Shown here: piece by piece, positions 7,782 to 15,742 of the stretch
Position numbering within the stretch: the first letter of the stretch is position 1
How the letters are laid out: each line of letters opens with the position of its first letter
Assembly (NCBI GenBank): GCA_031316235.1
Contig: JALDRA010000001.1
Span: 2,430,001 to 2,462,000 of the forward strand
Length of the DNA: 32,000 nucleotides
Reading direction: 5' to 3'
DNA from: Candidatus Scalindua sp.
GTDB taxonomy: Bacteria > Planctomycetota > Brocadiia > Brocadiales > Scalinduaceae
Made by a program: the position numbers and the translations under genes
The notes under the pieces: generated by a model
Database searches by the model: none
Told to the model about the DNA's origin: nothing
What the model saw: the letters and a program-made list of their open reading frames with translations, nothing else

Positions 7782-8480
7782 TCAATTGTCTTCACTCACA
7801 AAGCCAAACCTACGATGGAGCCAGCTAATCAGCAAAGGGTACATTAGCAGAAATGCCAAAACACCAAACCCAGACTTAACATAAAACTCCACTTGCGGAG
7901 ATAGCCCAGACACTTCGGTTACTTCAAATGGCAATATAATCGGGTTTTCCAGCTCATAAGAATCGCGGTTAATAGACGGCTTGTACCATTTGGAAAATGG
8001 CAGCTCAATAAATGACAATGATAATTGATTGGAGCCTGCACTCTTTGGTCTGTAACTCCAACTCCAGCGCGCTTCCTCATCTAGTATTTGTTTTGCTGTA
8101 AAAGATTTTTCTTTTGAAGGTGACACTGATATTTCAGGGCCAGAAAGTTCTACTTTTAGCGGTTTAGTGTTCTCCGCGTTCAAGCCGCTGAAAATAGGGG
8201 GAATAAGTCGAAAACTCAGTGTGCCAGTTTCAGTAATGCTAATTCTTTTGTCATACACTATCGTCAATTCACCGACATCCTTGGTCATGGACAAAAGGGC
8301 CGGGATATATGGTGTATGAGATACTACTTCTGGTTTACCTGCCTTCACTGAATTCTTGTCTTCTTCGTATGCAAGAAACGTAACGATGTTAATGCCGATA
8401 CCAATCAGAGCAGCAACAACTGCTAAGCTGACCTTTAAGCTTGAAGATAAGGATATGATGTATTTGTTGAATTCGTTCAT
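7782..8480 (-). CDS. membrane protein, N- and C-terminal TM helices, unknown function
   Basis: 232-aa ORF with hydrophobic segments LAVVAALIGIGINIVTFLAY and GFGVLAFLLMYPLLISWL. No family recognised. Confidence 0.55.
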   Translation of the reverse strand: MNEFNKYIISLSSSLKVSLAVVAALIGIGINIVTFLAYEEDKNSVKAGKPEVVSHTPYIPALLSMTKDVGELTIVYDKRISITETGTLSFRLIPPIFSGLNAENTKPLKVELSGPEISVSPSKEKSFTAKQILDEEARWSWSYRPKSAGSNQLSLSFIELPFSKWYKPSINRDSYELENPIILPFEVTEVSGLSPQVEFYVKSGFGVLAFLLMYPLLISWLHRRFGFVSEDN

Positions 8481-8709
8481 ATCTCTACTTTACACATAAC
8501 AGTTAAATGGACTGCGACTATGTTATCAGAAATATACGGCGGCTGTATATTTCGAATATCATGACAAATTTCTGTTCTAAAGAAGAAACAATCTGCCCTT
8601 ATCGGACGGTCACAATCAGGGTATTATATAAAATGTGAAATAAAATGACATAACAAAATACATTGATGTGATTAAGAAAATAACAGTTATGGCTACGTGA
8701 TTTTTATGT

Positions 8710-8735
8710 GAAACAGAATGGTTAATAGTGTTTCA
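8710..8735. repeat. 26-bp lox/dif-like site, copy 4
   Basis: Sequence gaaacagaatggttaatagtgtttca. It is followed by the same ~45-nt conserved linker as copy 3. Confidence 0.7.
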
Positions 8736-8771
8736 AATTAGTCTGTGCGGGTGCAAATTATAGGTGAAAAA

Positions 8772-8838
8772 ATTTAACGTTTGAGTAAAGCTAGCCTGTT
8801 TGGCAAATAAAGCTATTAATACAAGAAACGTGTTAATC
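8772..8838 (-). other. weaker attC-like site (D)
   Basis: Minus strand: GATTAAC...GTTAAAT, with the same R' core as site A. TTAAC/GTTAA and gttt/aaac pair, but the inner stem is poor. Confidence 0.3.
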
Positions 8839-9068
8839 ATTGGGCGCAGGGAGTTTTCCACCCTGCGCCAAACTCATTTTTTTCATCAATTGGTTTGCTA
8901 AAACACTACCTCAAGGATAATTTCAAATAAGTAGAATTATCAAATGATTAAGCATCATTGTCCGCTTCGTACACACCTCTCAAAGAGGTATTGCCCTTTA
9001 CAATTTCTTCCACGCCCCCTTTGCTACTTTTCTGTTTGCCCAAAAAGGGCGTTTATATTTCCTACTCT

Positions 9069-10787
9069 CTAATGAACAGTTGGCAATCGTAAACTACTCA
9101 AAAACGTTCTTAACGCTAATCTGTCATTATCAGAAAGACTTTCGAATTTTGCAATAGAGCCGTTAGCCTCGCTGCCAGTTCCTTTATGCATGAGAATGGC
9201 TTCAGTCAGAGTCAGCGCTCGACCATCGTGCATCCATGGTGCCGTATCAGCCACTCCCCACAGTGGACGGGTTAAGAACTCATTTTCAGGGATCTCTTGG
9301 CCACCATCTGTTTTCTGGGTAATAGGCTCTTCCAGAACATTTCCCATCTTATGTCGCTTTAAATCGCTGTAGAGCGGCACATCGATTTTCCCGTTTTTAT
9401 GAGGAAGACGGGGCAGAGTTTCCGGTGGACCATCCTCACGGTTAAGATTGCGGGAGTAGCCTTTTAAGTTTAATAGAATCTCTTTCGCAACCATCTCCGC
9501 AGGAGTCTTCCCTTCAACAGATTTCAACAATTTCATTTTCTTTTTTATTGAATATTTCTCCAATGATGGTGACACACTATAAGGCACCGTAATCCCAAAT
9601 CTCTCCGCTTTCTTCCCTAACTTCCTTAATTACTTTTTGACCACGGAGTGAGGAAATCCTTTCTCTACCTTGTCTTTCATCGCCTTATCTGTTCTCGGAT
9701 CTCGAATTGTCGCAAAGGGACTGTCGATTGTAAGGCTTGGGGTATGGCAGGAGGCGCAATCAGCGCTCATAAAAATATCTCTGCCTTGCTGAACCCTCTG
9801 TGCATCAAGTCCCCTGGAAGACTCAGTTGGGGGTCTTACAAAAGCAAGGAACGTGGCAACAGCACTGATGTCACCTTCAAGTATCTCATTCGTTGCGTCA
9901 TCGGAATTGCCATCCAAATCATTGAGTTCTGGATTTGCCTCAAGAAATTCCTTAGGTTGCACGCTGAAATGAAAATTCATGGCGTCCCTGATGAAGTTTC
10001 GTAGATTGCTGGCTATTCCTCTCCATTGAAAAGGTCGAACGAGGAGGTCATGACTGACACCGACAACATCGCTAAAGTCGACTGTTCAGCCCTGATCAGT
10101 GACAATTTTTCCAAAGGACACTCCTTTGGTGACAAGCTCCACCATATTCCCTGGATTTGCCTGTGCCTCAGCTAATTTCTCCTGCAAATCCCAAGTCATT
10201 TCTTCTGCTAGAGTTTGTGTGTACCCAGCTCCAAATGCGTGCGGAGGGTTCCGGATAACACCCCTGGTCGGATTGGTGGAATCACACTCTTCGCTCTCAG
10301 GCTCGCACCCGAAATTCTCCAATCCAAAGGCACTAGAAGCAAATCCTGCACCCCCAGCGGTAAATCCTAGTTGTTTGGCAAAACGGATTTTGGGTTGATC
10401 GTTAGAATAATTTTTCTGAGGCGCAAACCCAACAGCTAAATGACACTCAAGGCACGATTGTGAATCGAGCCCATTAAAATGCAGGAACGGATAGTTCTCC
10501 CGGTCATCCATTGTATACTTACTGCGTCGTGGTCCGGTGGGACCTTCACCATAATGATCTTCAGTTGTAAAACGGTTTGAGAAAATATGTTTACCAGCGT
10601 AAAACAAATCTTCAAACGGCACTTTATTTTGATTGATGTCATCTTGACTAAAACGGACCTCATCGATGAGATTACGTTGGTCTGCTAAAGGCTGGTCCGT
10701 CCTTGAAGCTATACTACTGCAACCTACTGCGACGATGATGATGATTGATACAAAAATCCACAAGCGAATCTTTGTTCCATTTCTCAT
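9069..10787 (-). pseudogene. di-haem cytochrome c peroxidase-like lipoprotein (DUF1111-like) with two in-frame stops
   Basis: Three track ORFs share one frame (ends 10841, 9980 and 9587 are all 2 mod 3). They are separated by TGA (10086-10088) and TAA (9630-9632). Motifs present: CLECH, CASCH, DLKRHKMG, TAPWMHDGRALTLTEAILMH. The signal/lipobox is MRNGTKIRLWIFVSIIIIVAVGC, from the ATG at 10787. Confidence 0.65.
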
Positions 10788-11222
10788 AAAGCTTCTTCCT
10801 TTAGTGTTTAAAAGAAAGAATATATAATTGCCTAAAAGCAAACTGAGAAATTGATAAGCAAAAACAATATCATTTTTCTTTTCAGGAGAGCGGATTTGTA
10901 AGATTTTGCATAATAATATGTTTGAAAATAGAGATTAAGACCTAAATTGAGAGATTCAATTTTTTCTATTATGGTAACCGCTGACCTTCTACCTGACTAT
11001 GTCATTCAGGCGGGTAGCCCGAGTTTATCATCAAACAATGGGTCTACGTGAATTTTTCGTAAGTTACGCAAACTAAAGGTGTGACTACCCGTCCCTGCCA
11101 GAAAGATTGTTGCCCGCCCGTCCCCTTCAGGCCATTGGGACGAGGTGGCAATTTTGACAGAGCTGTCCCTGTCTGCTTGCGTACGCACAGGCAGGGAGGA
11201 TGCTCTAACTCGATTGCTTGAC

Positions 11223-11365
11223 GGAAACACAAGTTGAAATAAAACTGCCTAGATACAAGGCGCATAATTATTTGGTAACCGGAACGTACTCAAGTACGTG
11301 AGGATTCCAAAATGATTGCAGCAACGCAGTAGGTGGGTAGTTTTAGTTCAACTTGAACTCGCTAC
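11223..11365 (-). repeat. ~140-bp long-hairpin element, copy 2, starting at the stop codon of 11362..11691
   Basis: Its reverse complement aligns with 2065-2206. It holds the same position relative to the upstream gene's TAG. Confidence 0.8.
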
Positions 11366-11691
11366 TCTACTTCTTTCATCATTACCCCGCAATGGCAGTT
11401 ATCCTGTTCATCTGCCTGCGTACCGCAGTCACATCCCCCGCTGCAGGCACACTCATATTGAAGGTCATCACTCGGACCGCTATCAGAAGGAATAGTAATC
11501 AGGCCGCAGAGACACCTGCCCCCGGGTTTTAATGTTTCGTATTCACAGAGACAGCCGCCAGGGCAATTGCAAATGTAGATCGTGGTTTTTTCGGATGCCT
11601 TACCCATAGAGGTTAAGCAACAAAGAGTGGTAAGCACGATAGCGCTTACTATCACCAGGGTAAATATTCCTCTTTTCAAACTGGTAAACAT
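11362..11691 (-). CDS. small membrane-anchored/secreted Cys-rich protein with a tandem CxCxGGCxC...CxCG motif
   Basis: N-terminal hydrophobic segment IFTLVIVSAIVLTTLCCL. Two repeats: YICNCPGGCLCEYETLKPGGRCLCG and YECACSGGCDCGTQADEQDNCHCG. Confidence 0.6.
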   Translation of the reverse strand: MFTSLKRGIFTLVIVSAIVLTTLCCLTSMGKASEKTTIYICNCPGGCLCEYETLKPGGRCLCGLITIPSDSGPSDDLQYECACSGGCDCGTQADEQDNCHCGVMMKEVE

Positions 11692-11859
11692 TGCGTTGAC
11701 TCCTTTCTCTCTGTCTCAGGCAATTCCTTGAATTGCCCATAATCTTTTAATGAAAAAACCGTAAATTTTTCCAACCGCTCTCTCCTGCATATAAGCGGCG
11801 TTTCAGTACAATATACGCCCGTTTTTATATACCATTTTGTCCTATGTGTCAATGCTCTT

Positions 11860-14001
11860 TTATTCCAGAATGATTCTCGCATCAACGGCTACTACCCCTT
11901 TCTCGTAAACAAGGAGGGGGTTCAGTTCAATTTCTCTTATGCGGTCAATTTCCGAGATTAATTCGGAAACAGCCGCGACTGTCCTGGCAACTTGGGGTAT
12001 GTCAAGCATCTTTGTACCTCTGTAACCAGACAATATGCGGTACCCTTTGATCTCCTGTATCATCATCAATGCTTCTTTCTCTGTTACCGGAGCTATTCTG
12101 AATGATACATCGGCAAAGAGCTCCACAAATACGCCTCCGAGGCCTACCATGACTGTAGGGCCGAACTGTTCATCCCTTAGTGCACCAACTATTACCTCTG
12201 TTGTCGGCATCACCTGTTTTTCTACCAGTATACCCGTTATGTCAGCACCCGGCATATTTATTGAAAGATTTCTCATTATGTCATGGCAGCAATTTTCTAC
12301 CTCTTCCCTGCTTCTCACATTCACTGCTACACCTCCAACGTCACTTTTATGCAGGACTGATGGTGTAGAAATCTTCAGGACGACAGGGAATCCCAGTGAT
12401 CCTGCCGCTTCTACCGCTTCTTTTTGAGTATTTGCCAGGAGGTATGCAGGAGTCGGGATTCCAATTGCTTTGATAATGTCCAGGGCTTGATGGGGGAGCA
12501 CGATACCTTTGTCTGAGCGCATTACATTTTTTATTATCTTCTCTGCACTCTTACAGCCCTCTGAAGAGAGAGCCTCGGGTGTCCGTTTCTCCGGAATGGA
12601 AGGTTCTGTTTTTTCTTCCCGTTTGCCTCTCATGCAGATCCTTCCCCTTTTTACCAGGACACTCATTGCCTTTACACACCGTTCCGGTGAGGTGAATACG
12701 GGAATCCCGGTCTCTTCAAACATGAGTTTCAGTGTTTTGGTATGCTTACCGCCGATCGTACATATGATAACGGGTTTTCCTGACTCTTTTGCCTTTTCTG
12801 AAATAATGTCAACAACTTCCTCGGTCATAGTCGGCGGAGGCATCAGCGGGATGACAATTGCGGCATCAAAAAAATCATCACCAATAAATGCTGTCTCCAG
12901 TACCGTTCCGAAATCTCTGTTACCGGAACTGCCGGTTATGTCAATCGGATTATTCAGGATATAAAATTCCGGAAATACTTTTGAAAGGTTTTTTCTGATA
13001 TTCCCGGGTGTCCTTGCAACGTTAAGTCCTTCCAGACCACACATATCTGACACGGCAACACCAAATCCTCCGCCATTGGTGATAACGAGGATTCTGTTGC
13101 CTCGCGCAGTCCTCTGCATTGATAAAACCTTGCACGCATCGACAAATTCTTCAAGTCCGTCAACGGTTATAATTCCCGATTTCCTGAAGGCGGCATTGTA
13201 GATTTCATATTTTCCCGCAATCGCACCGGTATGTGACCGTATTGCCTCTATTCCAAAATCTCCTCTGCCTACTTTTAAGGCTACCATATGCTTCGTCTTT
13301 GTGCAGCGGCTTGATGCTGCGATAAATCTTCTTCCATCATCAACGGATTCCATATACATCCCGATTACACGGGTAGAATCATCATCAATTAAATACTCAA
13401 TCAATGCTGATTCTCCTATGTCAACACGGTTTCCGTAACTGACAATTTTTGATACGCCAATCCCTTCCTGTGCAAGCAGATCCATGAGGGAAACGGCGTA
13501 GGAACCGCTCTGCGTCAGAATGCTCACGGGACCTTTCCCGGGGAGTTCAACCTTATCCCAAGGCAGAAAAGAAGTTGTGAAATTTGAATAATTATCAAAT
13601 ACACCAATGCAGTTCGGACCAATTATGTTTATTTCATCACGGTGACAAATATTCTTTATCTCCTTTTCAAGTGCCCGCCCTCTATCACCCGACTCACCAA
13701 ACCCCCCGCTGATTATTATTGAATGTTTTATTCCACACCCTTTGAGTTGTCTGATTACCTCAGGGACATGGTGTGCAGGAACTGCAATGACGGCAAGATC
13801 GATCTTATCCGTTACTTCAAGAAGGGATGCGTAACAGGAAAACCTAAAAACCTTATCATGATGGGGGTTGATCGGTACAATTTGTCCCTGATATCCCATT
13901 TCTTCAAGATTTTTAAATATTACGGATGAGATGTTTTGAGGATCTTCCGTTGCCCCTACTATGGCAATAGATTGAGGTGTAAAAAACTTTTCAAGCGACA
14001 T
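11860..14001 (-). CDS. acetyl-CoA synthetase (ADP-forming) / NDP-forming acyl-CoA synthetase, fused alpha-beta
   Basis: 713 aa. N-terminal CoA-binding fold (PQSIAIVGAT...), a ligase-CoA domain (SQSGSYA) and a C-terminal ATP-grasp region (GFPVVLKI...SDVGGV). Confidence 0.88.
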   Translation of the reverse strand: MSLEKFFTPQSIAIVGATEDPQNISSVIFKNLEEMGYQGQIVPINPHHDKVFRFSCYASLLEVTDKIDLAVIAVPAHHVPEVIRQLKGCGIKHSIIISGGFGESGDRGRALEKEIKNICHRDEINIIGPNCIGVFDNYSNFTTSFLPWDKVELPGKGPVSILTQSGSYAVSLMDLLAQEGIGVSKIVSYGNRVDIGESALIEYLIDDDSTRVIGMYMESVDDGRRFIAASSRCTKTKHMVALKVGRGDFGIEAIRSHTGAIAGKYEIYNAAFRKSGIITVDGLEEFVDACKVLSMQRTARGNRILVITNGGGFGVAVSDMCGLEGLNVARTPGNIRKNLSKVFPEFYILNNPIDITGSSGNRDFGTVLETAFIGDDFFDAAIVIPLMPPPTMTEEVVDIISEKAKESGKPVIICTIGGKHTKTLKLMFEETGIPVFTSPERCVKAMSVLVKRGRICMRGKREEKTEPSIPEKRTPEALSSEGCKSAEKIIKNVMRSDKGIVLPHQALDIIKAIGIPTPAYLLANTQKEAVEAAGSLGFPVVLKISTPSVLHKSDVGGVAVNVRSREEVENCCHDIMRNLSINMPGADITGILVEKQVMPTTEVIVGALRDEQFGPTVMVGLGGVFVELFADVSFRIAPVTEKEALMMIQEIKGYRILSGYRGTKMLDIPQVARTVAAVSELISEIDRIREIELNPLLVYEKGVVAVDARIILE

Positions 14002-14238
14002 GATAGAGTGCTGTTGTGATTATAATAAAAGATTAACGTCCAGATGGTAACTGATTGATCTGCAGACAGGCAAAATGGATATTTTACAATGTGGCTGAAC
14101 GGAAACTACCCATCTGCCGCGTAGCTGCAGGGATACCCTGATCCTCCCGGTAGATGGCTATGCTCCGTTTGTGAAATCGGCGTATCTGGTGGCCGGCTAT
14201 TATGTTTCAAACCACTGGATTTCCGTTCAATCACTGTT

Positions 14239-14679
14239 TTAAGGAACCGGTTGATCCCTTTTCTGTTCAAATTCATGAATACACAGCTCCGCAAATGCTA
14301 CTGCATGGGGGATGCTGCCCCAGTCTGTACAGTAATAGAGAGGTATATTATACAATAAATAACGTTTCAGCTGTTTACTTTTTATTTGACAGGGATCGAT
14401 GTTGTTGATGATTTTATTTGACAGGGATTTAACCTTTTTAAAGGATTTTATCTCAATGATTCCTACCACGTATCCCAGGGAGATAATAGCAATGTCGGGA
14501 GACAGCGCTCCCTTATAGGCCTCACATACAATCGGGCAGCCAACGGTGCACTTGATGTTTCTGTCTTGCAGGCGTTTATAAATTTCTGCTTGAATAACCG
14601 GTTCTGGAAGCCTGTCAGGGGGAACAAATTTCCTGTAATCCCAACTTGAATTTTTGAGAAATTCCAGTTTGTTTGCCAT
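14239..14679 (-). CDS. hypothetical protein, possible small PD-(D/E)xK nuclease fold
   Basis: 146 aa. SPDIAIISLGYVVGIIEIKSFKK gives a D...ExK spacing, with an upstream helix Glu (VIQAEIYKRL). AGGA lies 11 nt before the ATG. Confidence 0.4.
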   Translation of the reverse strand: MANKLEFLKNSSWDYRKFVPPDRLPEPVIQAEIYKRLQDRNIKCTVGCPIVCEAYKGALSPDIAIISLGYVVGIIEIKSFKKVKSLSNKIINNIDPCQIKSKQLKRYLLYNIPLYYCTDWGSIPHAVAFAELCIHEFEQKRDQPVP

Positions 14680-14966
14680 AAATGAGGATCCTGTTCTGGA
14701 AATCAGATGCCGGCCTCACCACGGCATACATTCGCTGCTCAGTTTCAGCTTGACCAAATCTGGCCTGAAACTGAGCATGATACGATAACAATTGTATTTT
14801 TTTTCTGAACCCAAACGAAACGTACACATTTGAGACAGGGGCATTGCTGTCATGCCCGACAGATATTTTATCTTGAATTGACACAATTTCCATATATATT
14901 CTTACTCTTGGTAACAAGTATCTTATTTTATGATTACAGCATCATTTATTTTAAGGAGATCTCAGT

Positions 14967-15461
14967 ATGGCGGATACTTTCTCATTCGATATCGTCTGCA
15001 ATGTAGAGATGCATGAAGTGAAAAACGCAGTTGATCAGGCAAAAAAGCAGCTTACGGTAAGATACGACTTTAAGGGGAGTAAGTCTTCTATTACCTTAAA
15101 TGATGATAATTCTATCACCCTCATTGCTGACGATGACTATAAACTTGACAGTTTAACAGAAATTCTCAAGGCAAGACTGGTAAAGAGAGAAATTCCTCTC
15201 AAGGCACTTATTTTCGGAAAGAAGGAGAAGGCATTTGAGGGGAATGTCAGGCAGTCAATCACGTTTCAGGCTGGTATTCCTTCAGAAACAGCCAAGGAGC
15301 TCGTAAAATTTATCAAGAGTCTGAAGCTGAAAGTACAATCTCAAATCCAGGAAGATAAGGTCAGAATCTCAGGTAAAAACAAGGATGATCTTCAAACCGT
15401 GATGCAGGCAATAAGAGACAAAAAGTATGAAATTGAAATGCAGTTTACAAATTATAGATAG
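14967..15461 (+). CDS. yajQ: YajQ-family nucleotide-binding protein (UPF0234)
   Basis: MADTFSFDIVCNVEMHEVKNAVDQAKKQLTVRYDFKGS..., 164 aa. SD aaggag precedes the ATG. Confidence 0.88.
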   Translation: MADTFSFDIVCNVEMHEVKNAVDQAKKQLTVRYDFKGSKSSITLNDDNSITLIADDDYKLDSLTEILKARLVKREIPLKALIFGKKEKAFEGNVRQSITFQAGIPSETAKELVKFIKSLKLKVQSQIQEDKVRISGKNKDDLQTVMQAIRDKKYEIEMQFTNYR

Positions 15462-15521
15462 CGGTACAAATTCCTTGCTTTTTCCTTCACTCGTGGTATG
15501 GTTGAGTTTAAATTATGCGTA

Positions 15522-15639
15522 TCTCTACTGAAACCGATCTGGTTGTAGATTTTTCTGAAAACCAGAGCCTGGCTGCCGGTACATCCGCTCAATTTTATCT
15601 CGGATTTTATCCGAAAACCATTGTAAGATGAGCATATAC
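15522..15639 (-). mobile_element. MITE-like element, copy B (short class, ends degenerate)
   Basis: Its reverse complement aligns with copy A (…caatggttttcggataaaatccgagataaaattgagcg…ggttttcagaaaaatc…gatcggtttcagta). Confidence 0.7.
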
Positions 15640-15742
15640 GCGGTGCGTAATGCACACTGAATAGACACAACGTTCTTATCAATTCTGGCAGGAAAGTATT
15701 TTCTTCGCTTCACCTATTTTACACCGGAAAGGAGCTGCACTC

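Noticed and set aside
8494-8528. Short GATAAC...GTTATGT hairpin upstream of 7782..8480 as a third attC site
   Set aside because: It is only ~35 nt with a 6-bp stem and no inner L-box stem or bulges, which is too short for an attC. The adjacent perfect hairpin gaaatatac-N7-gtatatttc (8531-8555) looks like an ordinary stem-loop.
2415-8735. CRISPR array
   Set aside because: The 26-bp repeats are spaced 0.8-2.4 kb apart with full genes between them, not 25-50-bp spacers. No cas genes are present.
10086-10088. In-frame TGA as selenocysteine
   Set aside because: The context (DQG-TGA-TVD) is not a redox-active position. No SECIS-like hairpin is evident immediately downstream. The same gene also carries an in-frame TAA, so pseudogenisation or sequencing error explains both stops.
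11006-11265. Two overlapping 73-74-aa minus-strand ORFs
   Set aside because: They overlap each other in different frames within a hairpin-dense GC-rich stretch. They have no SD or motifs and run into the 140-bp repeat, so they are likely non-coding.
2065-11365. 9.2-kb composite transposon bounded by 140-bp inverted repeats
   Set aside because: Each repeat is itself a hairpin element placed at the stop codon of the adjacent gene, in the same gene-relative orientation. This fits a 3'-UTR/REP-like family better. No transposase lies inside and no target duplication is visible. I kept it only as a secondary possibility in the findings.
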